Source: Asterias rubens (Eukaryota). Taken from it: a stretch of 64,000 bases of DNA. The notes under the pieces were generated by a model. It was not told the DNA's origin. It saw only the letters and a program-made list of their open reading frames with translations, and made no database searches. Positions 11,721-25,445 of this stretch are shown here, in pieces. How positions within the stretch are numbered: the first letter of the stretch is position 1; every line of letters begins with the position of its first letter. The DNA lies in NCBI RefSeq assembly GCF_902459465.1, contig NC_047072.1, positions 5,890,001 to 5,954,000 on the forward strand, read 5' to 3'. Made by a program: the position numbers and the translations under genes.

Positions 11721-13921
11721 ATTCATCCATTCCAATGAAATATTGTTATATTAACTATTGCATATGACCAGGATAGCTATCAAAGTTTGTTTAAAGATGT
11801 ACCTTTATTTATTTTTTGTAATTCTAACATTTGAAAAGTAGCTTCAAATTTTTTTTTAATTTCATTTAAGGGGAAAGTATGAGATAAATTCATTGTATTT
11901 AACAATTTGATGAGTTTTCCCTTTGAAATCAGGATCACATACATGAATGGGTCTTTGCATCCCATTAGTAGTACATTCCCTTTAAATAAATATTTTATAT
12001 AGCAAGGACCTTTCAGATTCTTATTTTGATTCACAGATAGACTGAATAATGGTAATTGACACAGCGGTGGCATTTGAAAATTTAATGATTTTTCGGATTT
12101 AGAGTTTTGTTACTTGTGCTTTGTTCGTTGTGCTTTTTATGACAGAGACCAAAACTCAAAATTGCATTTTGCTCATCCACATACATGTACATGATACTCA
12201 TTGGGAATATATCAGTTCAATTTATTTCAAGACATCTGATAATAACAACCATTTTTTCTCATAGACTGTTTTTATCAAACACTTTATTTTGCCTAATGCC
12301 TTTCAACAATTAAGACACAGATTGTTTTTGTAAAAACTAGCTAGTGGCTTGATATTTCAACCCTAGCAGAGTCTTTCCCAAAGGCGTAAATCTTTGTTTT
12401 TCTCAACTGCTTCTCGTGCCCCTCATGCCTTTCAATTCTTTTTGATAACTACTTGACCATGACAAATGTTGTATTGTCAATCTCTTCCCAAAGATCTTGA
12501 TTTTCCTGTCCATTCTTCAACACTGTAACTGTTATTCCTCTTCTTTCTTTAACTATAACTTTAATTTTGTTTTATATTCCAAGTCATTTTATCTAGTGTG
12601 TATACCAGTTTGGACTACAAGTTTTGAAGTAAAGTCGTGAAGAACATGAAATCATTTAACCCATATCCCCAAACAGTTATGTGTACTTATGGGTCATAAA
12701 TGCCTAAGCCCATTGTCAAAACCACAAAACAGGGGGCCATTACACTTATCGTTTATTAACTACAGCTCTACACAAAATCATACCCCAAACAAATTATAAC
12801 GTGTTGGAAAGAGTAGTAAATTCCCTCTATAATAGCACTAAGCAGGAAAATAGTGGCAACAAAGTGTCGTTTCATAGTTGACAAAATCTGGTTTTTATAT
12901 TTTAATTTATGAAAAATGACTAGCTTGACCAATGTTATTAGAGTACACTACTGAGATTGTTCATTTTGTGTAAGCTTGTCCTGTAATACGAAGCAGCTTA
13001 CCAAGATTCGACCCTTCAAAGTTTTGTTAAGCTAAAAATAATCGCCATTCGTTTAGATGATGTCGGAAGAACACCCTCTATACCAGGCAATCATGTGTAA
13101 ACAACAACATAACATCATTGTATCTGGAGCAACCTTTCCCTAATGTTACTTGATGGGTTCAATACAAGCCATAATGTTGTTTATACAAAGAATGTGAATG
13201 TGTACCAAGTTATGTGACATTTGCTGTCCATTTCACACATTTTTATAGTTCGAAATCTGCATCAAATCACCTTTGTTCTAAGCTTAATGTTTGGAGTTTT
13301 CATAACGAGATGTTATTCAGTATTTCTTCCTGTGGTACAGCCTAAAAATTCTAGTCCGATGCAGAAAAACATGGCTGACATCCCTGCTGCGATACTTTAC
13401 AACCATAAAAGGGCAATCAGGCTTTTATCAATAATGCAATGTTATTGCGATAAAAAAGTTGTGAGATTTTTTGTAGCTCTGCATTTATGCTGATTACACC
13501 TTTGACAGATAGGGATCTATAAATCATGTAGAAGTTTTTAACTTCAGACTCTGTGTAGATGAAGAAGAATGGAAATCAAGCTAAATTGAATGTAGTTGTG
13601 CCATCCATCCTCAATTCCCATCCAACTCTCTCCTGGTACCTTAGATATTCTAGAAACATCACATTCACAATAAACTGCCTCAACTGGTTCAATGATCAGA
13701 GTTATTTAATAGTTCATGTTGTACATGTATGCTTAATGTGATTTTAGAAATTAAAGTCTTTAATTGTATATGTTTCAAATCGTAACGGATCGCAATCGGT
13801 CAAGGCAGGGTACAGGATTCAAACATTCAAATAGAACCAAGATTCAAACAGGCTATCACCTGTTTATGAGATTTTACTGTGTGGCGCCATGAGCAATGAC
13901 AGTTCGATTGGCACCATATAC

Positions 13922-13947
13922 TGATTGATTGATTGATTGATTGATTG
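13922..13947. repeat. (GATT)n microsatellite
   Basis: Seen directly. Confidence 0.9.
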
Positions 13948-14236
13948 GAGTTAGTTTCAATTTAAATCTAAAGAAAGAAGTGAAACACTGTGTTCACGAA
14001 CTGCATTGCAAAACGTAATATTTGCAAAAAGTAGATTGCTCATTAAAAACAGCAGCAGTAACTGTGCAATATGCATCTAGAAATTTGTCAAAGCTCATAC
14101 AATACTATAGCGGCTGTATTTGAAAATGGGCACCCTAACCTTGAAAGAGAGAACATAACGCGACTTCAGCCTGTACCCTGTCTTTCAAAACTTCATCAAC
14201 TTGAAATCTAACATGTTTATCTAATTTTGTTTGCAG

Positions 14237-14372
14237 CGAGCTTTTGATGCCAGGAGATGAATCAACTGTGGATGGAACAATTCTGGATCATTGATGTCTC
14301 ATCCCATTGGATCCTCAGTGTTGTCTGAAGCAGCCTCCTCTAGCCTACACTAAAGCATCAAGGAAATGTCAG
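14237..14372 (+). pseudogene. Exon-like block 2 of the + strand unit
   Basis: Acceptor ctaattttgtttgcag|; weak donor cag|gtcaat; 1 CpG in 136 nt. Confidence 0.5.
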
Positions 14373-14529
14373 GTCAATGTACTAGAATAGTATAAATGAA
14401 ATAGCAAATCCATGTCAATGGGCGTTGGGGGAGACTTTGCACTTGTTGCACATCACATTTTAAAATACTATCATGTTCAGTTCTTTGTGCGGTGGACTTT
14501 AAGGACACTGTTTGGGATTCATGAGTCAA

Positions 14530-14815
14530 TCACTAGTCAAACTTGTGAACAACAATGCTCTCTCCATTAAAAAACAGTTGTTGAAGACTTTTGAGCTTTA
14601 TGAGTTACTTTCCAGTCAAACTGTTGAAGGTCAATCCAACTCCATTAAAAACCAGTAATTAACGACTGTTCGAGATTGTTTAGTTTACTCACCAGTCAAA
14701 CTTGTGAACAACAATGCTATCTCAACAAGGCTCTCTCCATTAAAAACCAACAGTTGAAGACTGTTTGAGCGTTATGAGTTACTCACTAGTCGCATTTGGA
14801 AACAACAAGGTTTGG
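14530..14815. repeat. Diverged tandem repeat (~80-100 bp units, 3-4 copies)
   Basis: Recurrent agtcaaacttgtgaacaacaatgct, ctctccattaaaaa and ttatgagttact. Confidence 0.7.
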
Positions 14816-16320
14816 AAACACTCATGGAGTGTTTTCCATCCTAGATCATGTGATGTCCACACTTTGTAATCAAGGAATATTTTAAGGCAGAATTCTTAGC
14901 TTCTCTCATGTACTCCATTAGATTCTCATTGACATGGATTTGCTTAAATTTGGTGCTGATCAGAAAAAGTAGAATATCAAATTCATAAAAAATATCAAAT
15001 TCATGCCAGGCACATGGCAAAAAAGGCCCTTTGTTTAACATAATGTTTGCCTGACCCAGATTCACTGTGAATGACTAGACAAAAAGGCAATCATCTTTCT
15101 TGAAGCGTTACCTGAAAGTTTTACATTTGCATCTTACAAACAAACTGGAATGAAGCAACTTCTACTGACAATTGCTACAACTTTGTAATTTCTGTTCTGG
15201 CCAAACAGAAATTACATACAAAAGCAGGAAAAAGTATTCTTGACAGCAATAAGTTCTCTTTGTTTTGAGTTGATACTTAAATGTGAGCAGGAAACTCATG
15301 TGGGTAACTTTTCTCCATGTGCCTGGTCTTAAAGCCAAAGCGCAGCATCCTTTAAAACAAACAGACATTATAAGTCCCTCCATTAAAGCAGTAGTGGAAG
15401 ACTGTCTTGAAGAAACACACAGCAGTGTGAAGATCTACATGTTTGAATTGCATGGGTAGGAATAGCCCTTTAACAATTGCAAACCAGACTGAATGACAGA
15501 TCAAATTCCATACCCTTATTTACTATTATTCCAATCAAATGTTGGAATGAACATGTCCTCTCTGCAAAGCAGCAGCTCTAAGTGTTTAAAATGCACTTAA
15601 AAAACACTTTATCTATACATGATGGATGCAGATTGTCTGTCACAGTCAGTTTTCTTTATTTGGACCTTCATATGTGGCCTGATGTACCCCCCCCCCCTCC
15701 CCGATCCCCTCTATCGTGTTTTCGGTGTTCTGGCAATCAAAGTAATTCAGTAAGGATGCTGTGCTTTGGCTTATTGTAAATTTTGTTTGATAATTTGGAG
15801 ATTGATGCTTTAATTATCATTAAGTGAATATTAGTTTGCCTGATTTAGTATTGCATAAAACTGGATTGAACAATGTGTAGAAATATTCTATTTTGACAAA
15901 AAAATGTACACTGGCACATCATATTTAGTTTGTATGTTCTAATTAGATCTTTTCTGGTGAACCTTTGAGTATGTAAAGATGCAGTCTGGTATAGCAACAA
16001 CTTAATGAGTTTTCAGTCACCTTGTTGGATCACAATCATATTACTGCAGTTGTGAATGAATCCAAAGTGTTCAGCATAAACTGCTAGTATAGCAAAGCAC
16101 TGTGCATCAATTACAAGAGCATAACATCTCAAATGTATGGAACCAAAGTGGAACAGTGGTTCATACATGTAATACACAAGCAGGCCACATCAGTTTGTGG
16201 ATGCATCCAATGGAAAGCGTAACACTCGGCCTATTGATTGAGTGTGAAGCACTTTAAATAAGCAAGAGTGTATTACAGGACTTGACCACTCGGAGCTAGA
16301 ATCAAGCCTCAACAAGGACT

Positions 16321-16835
16321 TGTGCTTAGCTAGTTGCTAGTACGAGCAGCTTTTATGAAGCACTGATATGTGCTTAGCTAATTGCTTACGAGCAGCTTTC
16401 ATGAAGCACTGATATGTGCTTAGCTAATTGCTTACGAGCAGCTATCATAAAGCACTGGTTCATGTGCTTAGCTAATTGCTTACGAGCAGCTATCATAAAG
16501 CACTGATATGTGCTTAGCTAATTGCTTACGAGCATCTATCATGAAGCACTGATATGTGCTTAGCTAATTGCTTACGAGCAGCTTTCATGAAGCACTGATA
16601 TCTTAGCTAATTGCTTACGAGCAGCTACATGAAGCACTGGTTCACTGTGCTTAGCTAATTGCTTATGAGCAGCTTTCATGAAGCACTGGTTCACTGTGCT
16701 TTAGCTAATTGCTTACGAGCAGCTATCATGAAGCACTGGTTCACTGTGCTTAGCTAATTGCTTACGAGCAGCTTTCATGAAGCACTGGTTCACTGTGCTA
16801 AGCTAATTGCTTACGAGCAGCTATCATGAAGCACT
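16321..16835. repeat. Minisatellite, ~43-50 bp units, 11 copies, resembling the right end of the GGCCC-ended MITE
   Basis: Unit tgtgcttagctaattgcttacgagcagct(a/t)tcatgaagcactg...; compare the MITE end at 58925-58964, tgcttagcaacttgttatgcttaagcagctctatgaaat. Confidence 0.9.
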
Positions 16836-17266
16836 TATACATGATCACTCTAACCTAAAAAGTGAATGAATTATTCTCAAGAGTCATCTGATTGAAATGT
16901 TACAGAATCGACACAAATCTGCAAACCTGTTTTTACTGCAATTTATACTCTACCCTAATACTACCTCCTCCTGCTGTCATGTGTCAAGCATTGAGATGAC
17001 AACTTAATCCTTAGGTGACTTTTATCAATACATGGTACACACACTCCCCCTTTGGTCATTTTGCAAAAAAAAATCAACTCACTTTTCAGTTATAACATTA
17101 CTAAGGAACTAATGGTGGTGTGTGTACCTTTAGTAATAAGGAATATGATGTGCCAGTGTACATAGTGTTTATGAAATAATTAAAAAAATCTATTGTTGTG
17201 TTTTTATTTTGTTGTCTGTTATGTGTTGGGAAGCATCTGCTCTATATTTCAATCTTGTTGCAGCAC

Positions 17267-18141
17267 TGGACCTTTGTCACGCAAACGCCATCTTGTTTTT
17301 ACTATTGATTTTTTTTCTTGATTCGTCTAAACAAACCAAGGCTAGAAAACAGTCTAGTAGCCATTTGTGTTATTGTTGGTTGATCTGTCATGAAGGAAGC
17401 ATGAACAATATGTGATAGCATAAAAATATTGATTGTGCTGTTACAGCGATATTGCTATCAAAACTTACATCTGTGGCCAATCAAAATTATAAGCCATCTC
17501 TATGTAATGTGATGGGCAGAGCAGCATTGCCAGTGGCATGCACTGACTGCTTTTGCTGCTGATTAAGTCAACCTTTCTGAGGCCAAGTTGTTTCAAATTC
17601 AAGGCAAAGATGGACAGTTTAATCTGTTTGTACACAGAAACATTGCCACATCAGATCACCTGAGCCATTGAACAGAAAGTTCAATATCATAATCAGCAAA
17701 AAAAAGAGGTTATTTTCTTAAGGGCAAAGCAACGGCACCAAAGATAAGCTACTACTTAAGCAGAAGGCATCAGTAAAGCGTTTCAATCTGTGCACAGATA
17801 ATGAAACGATGCCAAATCAAGTCATTCGAGCAATGACCTGACAGTTTAACATCAGATCATTAATGAAATAACGTCAATTAGACAGTTTTTCAATTACGAG
17901 GCACAACCAGTGTCCTCTCAATGGACATAGCCTTCTGTCCAAAATGTTGAGTCAATACTCAAAAGATAGATTTTTACCACTCGGTGATATCATAAGTATC
18001 CTTACTTATCACCAGTGTCATCTGTTTGCACTCAGCAAGGAACAAATGCAAAGTTTTAGTGTCACTTAGTAGTACGCAATAACAAACTTTTTTTACACAA
18101 ACAAGTTGCTTTGCCCAACAAGATGGCGTGATAAAGGTCTG
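17267..18141. mobile_element. Non-autonomous TIR element (agacctttatcac family)
   Basis: Left tggacctttgtcacgcaaacgccatcttg and right caagatggcgtgataaaggtctg; same end type at 58971-59238. Confidence 0.55.
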
Positions 18142-18289
18142 AAATACTTCTGGTAATGTGGTGAGTGCAAGGGAAGGTACAATGTAAACAAACTACGACC
18201 AAAAAAGGTCACAAGGTTCACTTATCCTAATTAAAGGAAACTTTTCTGCTAAAACTACAAAGAGTTGTTGGACAACATTTTTTTGTAAC

Positions 18290-18830
18290 ACATGAAACTA
18301 GCATGTGTTTTTTTTCACAAAGTGGAAATTTCAAGGAAACTAACATTTAAACTAAGATTGTTATGCTGTTTGAGCATTTTAACGCAAGAAAAACTTGCGT
18401 TTTTGATCTCTAAAAGTTGTCCAACAGTTTCAACCAAATTTGTTATGCTTTTTAAGCATTTAATCGCAAGAAAAACTTGCGTTTTTGATCTCTTAAAGTT
18501 TTCAGACAGTTTCAACCAATTCTTTATGCTGTTTAAGCATTTAAACACAAGAAAAACTTGCGTTTTTCATCTTTCAAAAGAGTTGCACAATTTCTACCAA
18601 AATTCAAACTGTTTGAGCATTTTAACACAAGCAAAACTTGTGTTTTTCATCTCTAAAAGATGTACAAAAGTTTCAACCAAATTTGTTATGCTGTTTCAGC
18701 ATTTCAACGCAAGAAAAACTTGCGTTTTTTATCTCTAAAAAGAGCCACACAAATTTTCTACCTTAATTCACACAGTCTGAGCATTTTAATGTAAGAAAAA
18801 CTTACATGTTTTAGCTCTAAAAGAGATTTG
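18290..18830. repeat. Tandem repeat of ~81-82 bp (6-7 copies) with an internal hairpin
   Basis: Core aacgcaag-aaaaa-cttgcgtt (8-bp stem, 5-nt loop); the 148-aa ORF 18292-18738 is its 27-aa-periodic translation. Confidence 0.9.
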
Positions 18831-21800
18831 TAAAAGGTCACAAGAAACTGTTACAATTTCTATGAAACTTGTTAGACAACTTAAACTCCTTGAAAAATAG
18901 TATCTTCCCTTTAAGTCCACATAACCAAATAGTGCTGCAACTTGTATTGAAATAGAAAGCAGATGCATTATGGGGGACCTAGGGACTTTATATATGGGGA
19001 GGGTAAGGACATAGAGGGCAGTACCACTTAGAGGGCAACAGAGTCTGAAATAAAGACTAAGTATATACACCAGAGTTCATGTCTCTTGTTATTTATTCAT
19101 ATCAGTTCATATGTGTTCATGAATATTCATATAAAAATTTAAATTTGACCTTTGACCTTTGACCTTTATTAAAAAAATGAACAGCACCCCAGTGCATGCA
19201 AGCCCCCCCTGGTTTTCACACAAGTGTTCCCCGCCCACAGGTGTCAACAGACTATGTCAGAGAGTGCCTCTTTCAACACCATTCAGTGATAGACTTAGCT
19301 CAGTGTTCAATTGTCCCCAATATATATTAGTCTGTGTGGCCAAAGCCCCATCTGTTGACCATAACAAGGGAAGGATCTAATGAACTCTAATAATTAATTA
19401 ACTTAACACTGAGTTAGATGTATCTATCTCCAACTCCTGACATTACATATGGAAATAATACCTTCAATGTCTTTTCTGAGCTTACATTTGCATAATTTGC
19501 ATCCTGGTTTTTGATCGTATCAAATGAAATATCAAACAAATGTACATTTTTTGCAAGTGTTCTTTAATAGTTTGCCATGTTAAGATTAAAGGTCACTTTT
19601 TGTTTTCAACCATACCTATCATATTTGCCAACGCCACAACGAAGACCCTATTAATTCTCTGCCATTTTAAGTGTTTTCCTAAGCTTGATTTAAAACAAAT
19701 ATATGTTCATTTGACGACTAGGCTGTGCTACTAAATGCTGTTTTAATGATTTCCCACTTGAGGAAATATATATTTAGTAAGTTGTCGTGTAATAATGCAT
19801 TTAGCCTTGGTTCAAGTTCATCAGCACAAACAGTGATTTGATTTTAATGTGTGTAATTAAAAGACGATGAGGTGACTCTATTTAAAAGTGTATTTGCAAA
19901 TGAACTTTAATGAATGAGCTTTTCATTTTTTTCTGATATAGAAACTGTTGGAGGATTTTGAGTGCATTGGCGGAGTGCAAAGAGGTAAAAACCTAGCACA
20001 TTTTCAAGGAAGCTATTTATTTCAATAAGTTTAACGCAGGTTGTTAATATTTTGAAATGCTTTTGAAAACTCTAAAACTGAGTGACGAGTTATTTCTAAT
20101 GCTTTTCAAATTATATTAGAAGTTGAGATTCTAATTGATTTGGTTGCCATTTCTACTTGAATATTTCGCAGAGTGTAAAGATTTGAACAGCAGCAAGTCC
20201 TGCATCATACTTTTGAGGCATTTTGTGTTAAATACAAGGTTCCGAAGTCCGAATGATTTAAATTGATTTGTTTGATGTTATTTAAGGTGCATGTTTAATT
20301 CTATTTCACTGATTTCAAGCAGGTTATTATTTGTATTTTGTTCACCATTTAGACTTAAGTGGCGTTAAACTAATTTTTAACTTGTAACTTCAGTAAAATA
20401 AACCTGTCCAAGTTTCTGGGGTGCCAAACTCTCCTGCTACTCAATACAATGCAAGTTTCTCATGTATTTATGAGTCCAAAGAACTTCACTAAACAAGTCA
20501 AGTCCATAAACTGACATGTTTCCCAAATGATAGTTGTTGGTTAAGTGTGAGCTTCCATAGCGTCACTTATGTTACTACACTTCAAACTGAGTTACAAAAG
20601 TTTATGCTTAGGTTTGAAAATGAGTTAACAAAATGTCTGCAAAGACATATGTTAATGAAGATTTTGTCTTCTTGTTCACTTTTTGAAGCACTGACTTGTA
20701 CTCCTGTACTCCAAATAGTTTGATACAATCATTTGTACTTTTGCTTGAACTTAGTGAAGACTAAATTTTGTCTTGTCATTTTAATTTGCGCTTCTTGATG
20801 GCCTGGTGTAACGACTCATTCTTTATAGAGTGTGTCTTATTGGGTCATAGTTTTTTCTTTGTTTTCCTTGCACTGTTTTGAGTAGCATATTTTCTCTGTA
20901 ACATGGTCCTGGGGTATCTGTTTGTGAGCACCATACTCAGTTTGTGGCTCAATTTTTGACAATGTGGTGGACAAATTTAATGTGACGGATCCATGGGAGG
21001 TCCCTTCTTTTTGTGTTGGACCTCCCTTCTTTTTATACATTTTGCCGGAAAGCCCTGTCATGTCTATTTCTTCTTTTTCTATGTTACAATTGCCTTCTGT
21101 ACTTTGGTACATTTTCTATTTTGTTCCCCCTTTTTATGAGGGGGGGGGGCAATATACAGATTTTGTCACACAATCTTACAGTTGATCCCTTACAAGTTTT
21201 TAAGATTATTCAGAAGGGCCCCTACCTGGAGCACTTTGAGTACTATATTCCGCAATATGCAAAATACTTTCCTTATTAATTGGAATAAAGTGTAACAAAT
21301 TACTTTATTGGTCTTGTGTAGTATTTGGAAATGCTGCTTGGCTCATCTCAACGCGTTTACAGCGTCATGATGACTACCAAACCTAAACGATCTTTGAAAT
21401 TTAAGACACTTGCTACAAAACAGGTGTCTTGCTGGAATGTATATCTTAATTTTTTATGAAATATCATAATGACTACAAAAGTTAGTAAGTTTCAGTCTCA
21501 TTTGGTGAACATATCTATAAGGTTTTTGTGCGATTTCTACTACTCTTAAATTGTCCATCTTTGATTTTGTTCACTCGTCTAAATGCGAAGTGCATTTTAG
21601 ACGCAATCCTACGTGTGACAAACCCTAAGTCCCCCCCCCCCTTTCATGACAGGACCTCCGGCCAATTTCACCACCTCTTTTTTTTCTTATTCTAGATCCG
21701 CCCCTTCTAAATCTGCCCCTCAGTATCAAGGGAAACTATGGTGCCTTTGGTGACACAGGGTTTGCCAGTCCTGCCTTCTTTTGTCCATGGTAAAATTAAT

Positions 21801-24759
21801 TGAAGTTATTACAAATTCATGCACTGTACATTTTACTATACATCCTCATGTATTACAGATACCATGCACCTTTTAAAGCTCACATGTAAACACATAGTAA
21901 ACAGGCCCTGGGAAATATACCAAGGCAGTTTCTACTGCCGTCTCTACCACTCAATTTGCTACGAATAATAATCTATTTATAGTTTCTATTCTCTTGTCTT
22001 ATTTTTACATCTCCTTTGAGTTGTTAAGAATTGTAGCTTTGCATTTAGTTTGTTAAAATTAGTTTGCATTACAATCTACTGTGCTTTCTGATCAATCAAA
22101 TAATGTTATTCTTCTACACTAAAAAGGAGAGTTTCATATTGACCATTCAATATCAACTGATTCTGATTGCTATTTCATTGTTACTTGAAGTTAAAGAAAC
22201 GACGAGTCCACCGAAAAAAACATTCAAGATTGTATTATTCAAGTCATTAGAACTAAATGTGTATTTGCTGAGTTGGAAGATTTTAAACTTAACTACTGAT
22301 GGCTAAGATGTTTGTCGTGATTCACTTTACCACCGTCGAGGGCAGCAGTTTTATTTAGCTATTTAATAGAACTATGCCTGTCTGCTATTTCAACTCTACT
22401 TGAAGTAAAAGCATATAGCTTTATGTTTGATGCCTTCTTTAGTCCATTTTGATAAACTCGTAATAAAACTACCCTGCTTAAAACTAACTAGGATTTGTAA
22501 AAGTGTTTAGCACTAAATTTGTTTCTGCTGAGCAAACTGATTGGAGCTAGAATACAGATGCCTAAAATATAAACATTTCTTCACTTCAGATTTGATGAAG
22601 TGAATCCTTAAACATTAGTGTAGGCTTTCCCAGGGCCTGCAAGAGTCTCATGCATACAACTATTCCTTCTGAATTACATTTGTACATCTTGTACAAACTG
22701 AACAACTATGGCCTGTGCTTAGTGTAATAGCTGAACATGCCTGATGTTGGGTAGATATACTGTCTGTAAGGAAAGCTATGCCTGATGTAATAAGGTAGCT
22801 ACATTGCCTGATGCTATTTTGTAACTAAATTCATGTATGTAGTTGCAGCTTCTTAATAAGTTTCATATGTTACTGTTCAAATATGTACCTAAACAAACTT
22901 GTCACAAAATGTTGCAAGTGCTGCTGAAAGTGATTAGCAGTTACTGTAGCAAGTTGTGATAACAAAAAGTAGGCCCTACCTCTCTACACCTATCTGTTTG
23001 TCTACTGTAAAAAACGACAACCACAGACTAATTGTTCACACTGCTTTGATGAATTAGTTTATACCCCAAAATGTAACCCGTAGGTCATTAAACATTTCTT
23101 TTTATCTTTCCAGGACTGGAACTTAAAACTGAGGTGTCTTTGCTTCGTACATGATGTCAAAAGAAAATCCTAAATGCTGATCTTTCCATAAACTACAAAT
23201 CTTGTGCAAATTGGACATTCTGTACATGAGTGTAACTGATGAACTAATGAGCGATATTAAATATGATCAAGCATGGTATCTACACTCCTATGATTATTAT
23301 GTACAAGGTATACATACCTACTTGGTTTACTAGGCAATCAACAAAAAAAGACCTGTGACTACAAAATAATGTTTGGGCCTACATCTCCGTTATTTAACAC
23401 TATGAGTAGCAAGGCCTTAGTCCTAGAGCTAGTTGTATGCATGGATATTGGATAGACTGTAAACACCACTGGTTTAAAATAATAAGTAGTGACAGAGCTG
23501 GAATCCTATGGGTAATTACATTCAAGCATTTGGCTTAAATTACCACCTGTGAACTTTTATACACTCGCAGTAGAGTGTAAGTTAAAATTTCCTTTCTTTT
23601 CGGCTCATCTTCATGATTTTTGAACTTGATGTAGTTTCATCTTTCTACTGTACTGATTCAAATCATCTTTTGACTTTTGTTTGTGTCTTTGTGACTAAGA
23701 AAAATCTGTTAATTAAAATATCCTTACTTGCTTTTCACCTTCAGTATCTTTTTCAGCTCATCTTTAGGATTATTGAACTCAATGCAAATTTCTACTGTAC
23801 TGATTCAAATAATCTTTCAACATTTGTTTATGTCTGTGTGACTAATCTTTCAAAGTGTCACCCACAGATATGAAGTGGAACACAGGATCAAATGATCAAG
23901 TTCAATGTTAAAACTGACTTGTGTTATAATGCTTTTTGCTCATTGTTGTAGACTAGTTTGCTTTGACACTTTTACAGATTGGTGTCTACAGATTGGTTTC
24001 CAACTTTAGTTTCACTACTCAACTTATAAACCAGTGGTGTATACAGCCCTAAACATTACATGGAGCTTATCGATAGTCTTCAATCAAACACGTTTGACCT
24101 ATCGCCATTCATATTATGATAGCCAATTACAATGCACGAAGCACATTGTATGATCAACCTTATCTACAATACTGGAAAGTGATAACCCATTGCATACATA
24201 CCAAGATGTATGTATTTACTCATGTACATACCCGTCGTACAATGTGCCTCATTTAGGACAATGAGACGTACTTACATGTATTCCACATGGAAACATACAT
24301 GATGCTCATTCATGTGCAGTATGTGCTCATATCATTCATTGTATTTTCATCAAAAACACAAATGAGCACTTTTCCTTTCTGTCTACTTTTCTAGCAGTAT
24401 ATGTAGACAATACATGATGAAACTCATACCTATCTATATATTATGTGTTTCTTTATTCATGTACATTTTCTTGCTATCACTCATTTTGTCCTAGATATGG
24501 CTGAGTTAAGAATGGCAATAGGTCAATGTTAATTACCTCGTTCCCATGGTAATCCATCCCAGTTTCTCACTATGACATTGAACTGGTTGAATTTTTTAGA
24601 ATATCGGGAGTAGTGATTGCGTTTGCTGATCAACCACTTTCCCCATATATGGGTTGAAAGGGCATTTTTATGGGGATAACTGAATAACTAGTAGTTTTGT
24701 GAAAACAAGTGTGGGTCACCAACTGTCTATCAAACACTTTCGCAACTCCCAACTGGGTC

Positions 24760-25445
24760 TTGTTGCAGGTTGTTGGTTGCCCAACTGGGGCTAGTGGTAG
24801 GCATTGTTTGTTGCCCAACAGAGGCTAGTGGTAGGCATTGTTGCAAATTCCCAACAGGGGTGGTAGGCATTGTTGGTTGCCCAACTGGGGCCAGTTGTAG
24901 GCATTGTTGGTTGCCCAACAGGGGCTAGTGGAAGGCATTGTTGAAGTTGCCCAACGGGGGCTTGTGTTAGGCATTGTTGCAGTTGCCCAACAGGTGCTAG
25001 TGGTAGGCATTTTTGCAGTTGCCCAATAGGGGCTAGTGGTAGGCGTTGTTAGTTGCCCAACAGGTGCTAGTGGTAGGCATTGTTGGTTGCCCAACAGGGG
25101 CTAGTGGTAGGCATTGTTGCAGTTGCCCAACAGGGGCTAGTGGTAGGCGTTGTTAGTTGCCCAACAGGTGCTAGTGGTAGGCATTGTTGGTTGCCCAACA
25201 GGGGCTAGTGGTAGGCATTGTTGCAGTTGCCCAACAGGGGCTTGTGGTAGGCAGTGTTGCAGTTGCCCAACAGGGGCTTGTGGTAGGCAGTGTTGCAGTT
25301 GCCCAACAGGTGCTAGTGGTAGGCGTGGGTAGTTGCCCAACAGGTGCTAGTGGTAGGCATTGTTGCAGTTGCCCAACAGGGGCTAGTGGTAGGCGTTGTT
25401 GGTTGACCAACAGGGATGTTTGCAGGTTATTGGTTGCCCAACTGG
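24760..25445. repeat. GC-rich minisatellite with mixed 34- and 36-bp units (~19 copies)
   Basis: ggcattgttgcagttgcccaacaggggctagtggta (36 bp) and ggcgttgttagttgcccaacaggtgctagtggta (34 bp); explains the overlapping repetitive ORFs on both strands. Confidence 0.95.

Noticed and set aside
18292-18738. 148-aa ORF as a real gene
   Set aside because: It is the translation of the 81-bp tandem repeat; no splice or promoter support
18290-18830. CRISPR-like array (palindromic repeat plus variable spacers)
   Set aside because: The variable parts are homologous to each other rather than unique spacers, there are no cas genes, and the context is eukaryotic
19146-19166. (TGACCTT)3 as nuclear-receptor DR1 elements
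   Set aside because: A short simple repeat with no supporting context
19941-23275. Extra + strand exons (19941-19983, ~20172-20238, 23114-23275)
   Set aside because: Acceptors are plausible but donors are weak or phases inconsistent; not distinguishable from chance sites
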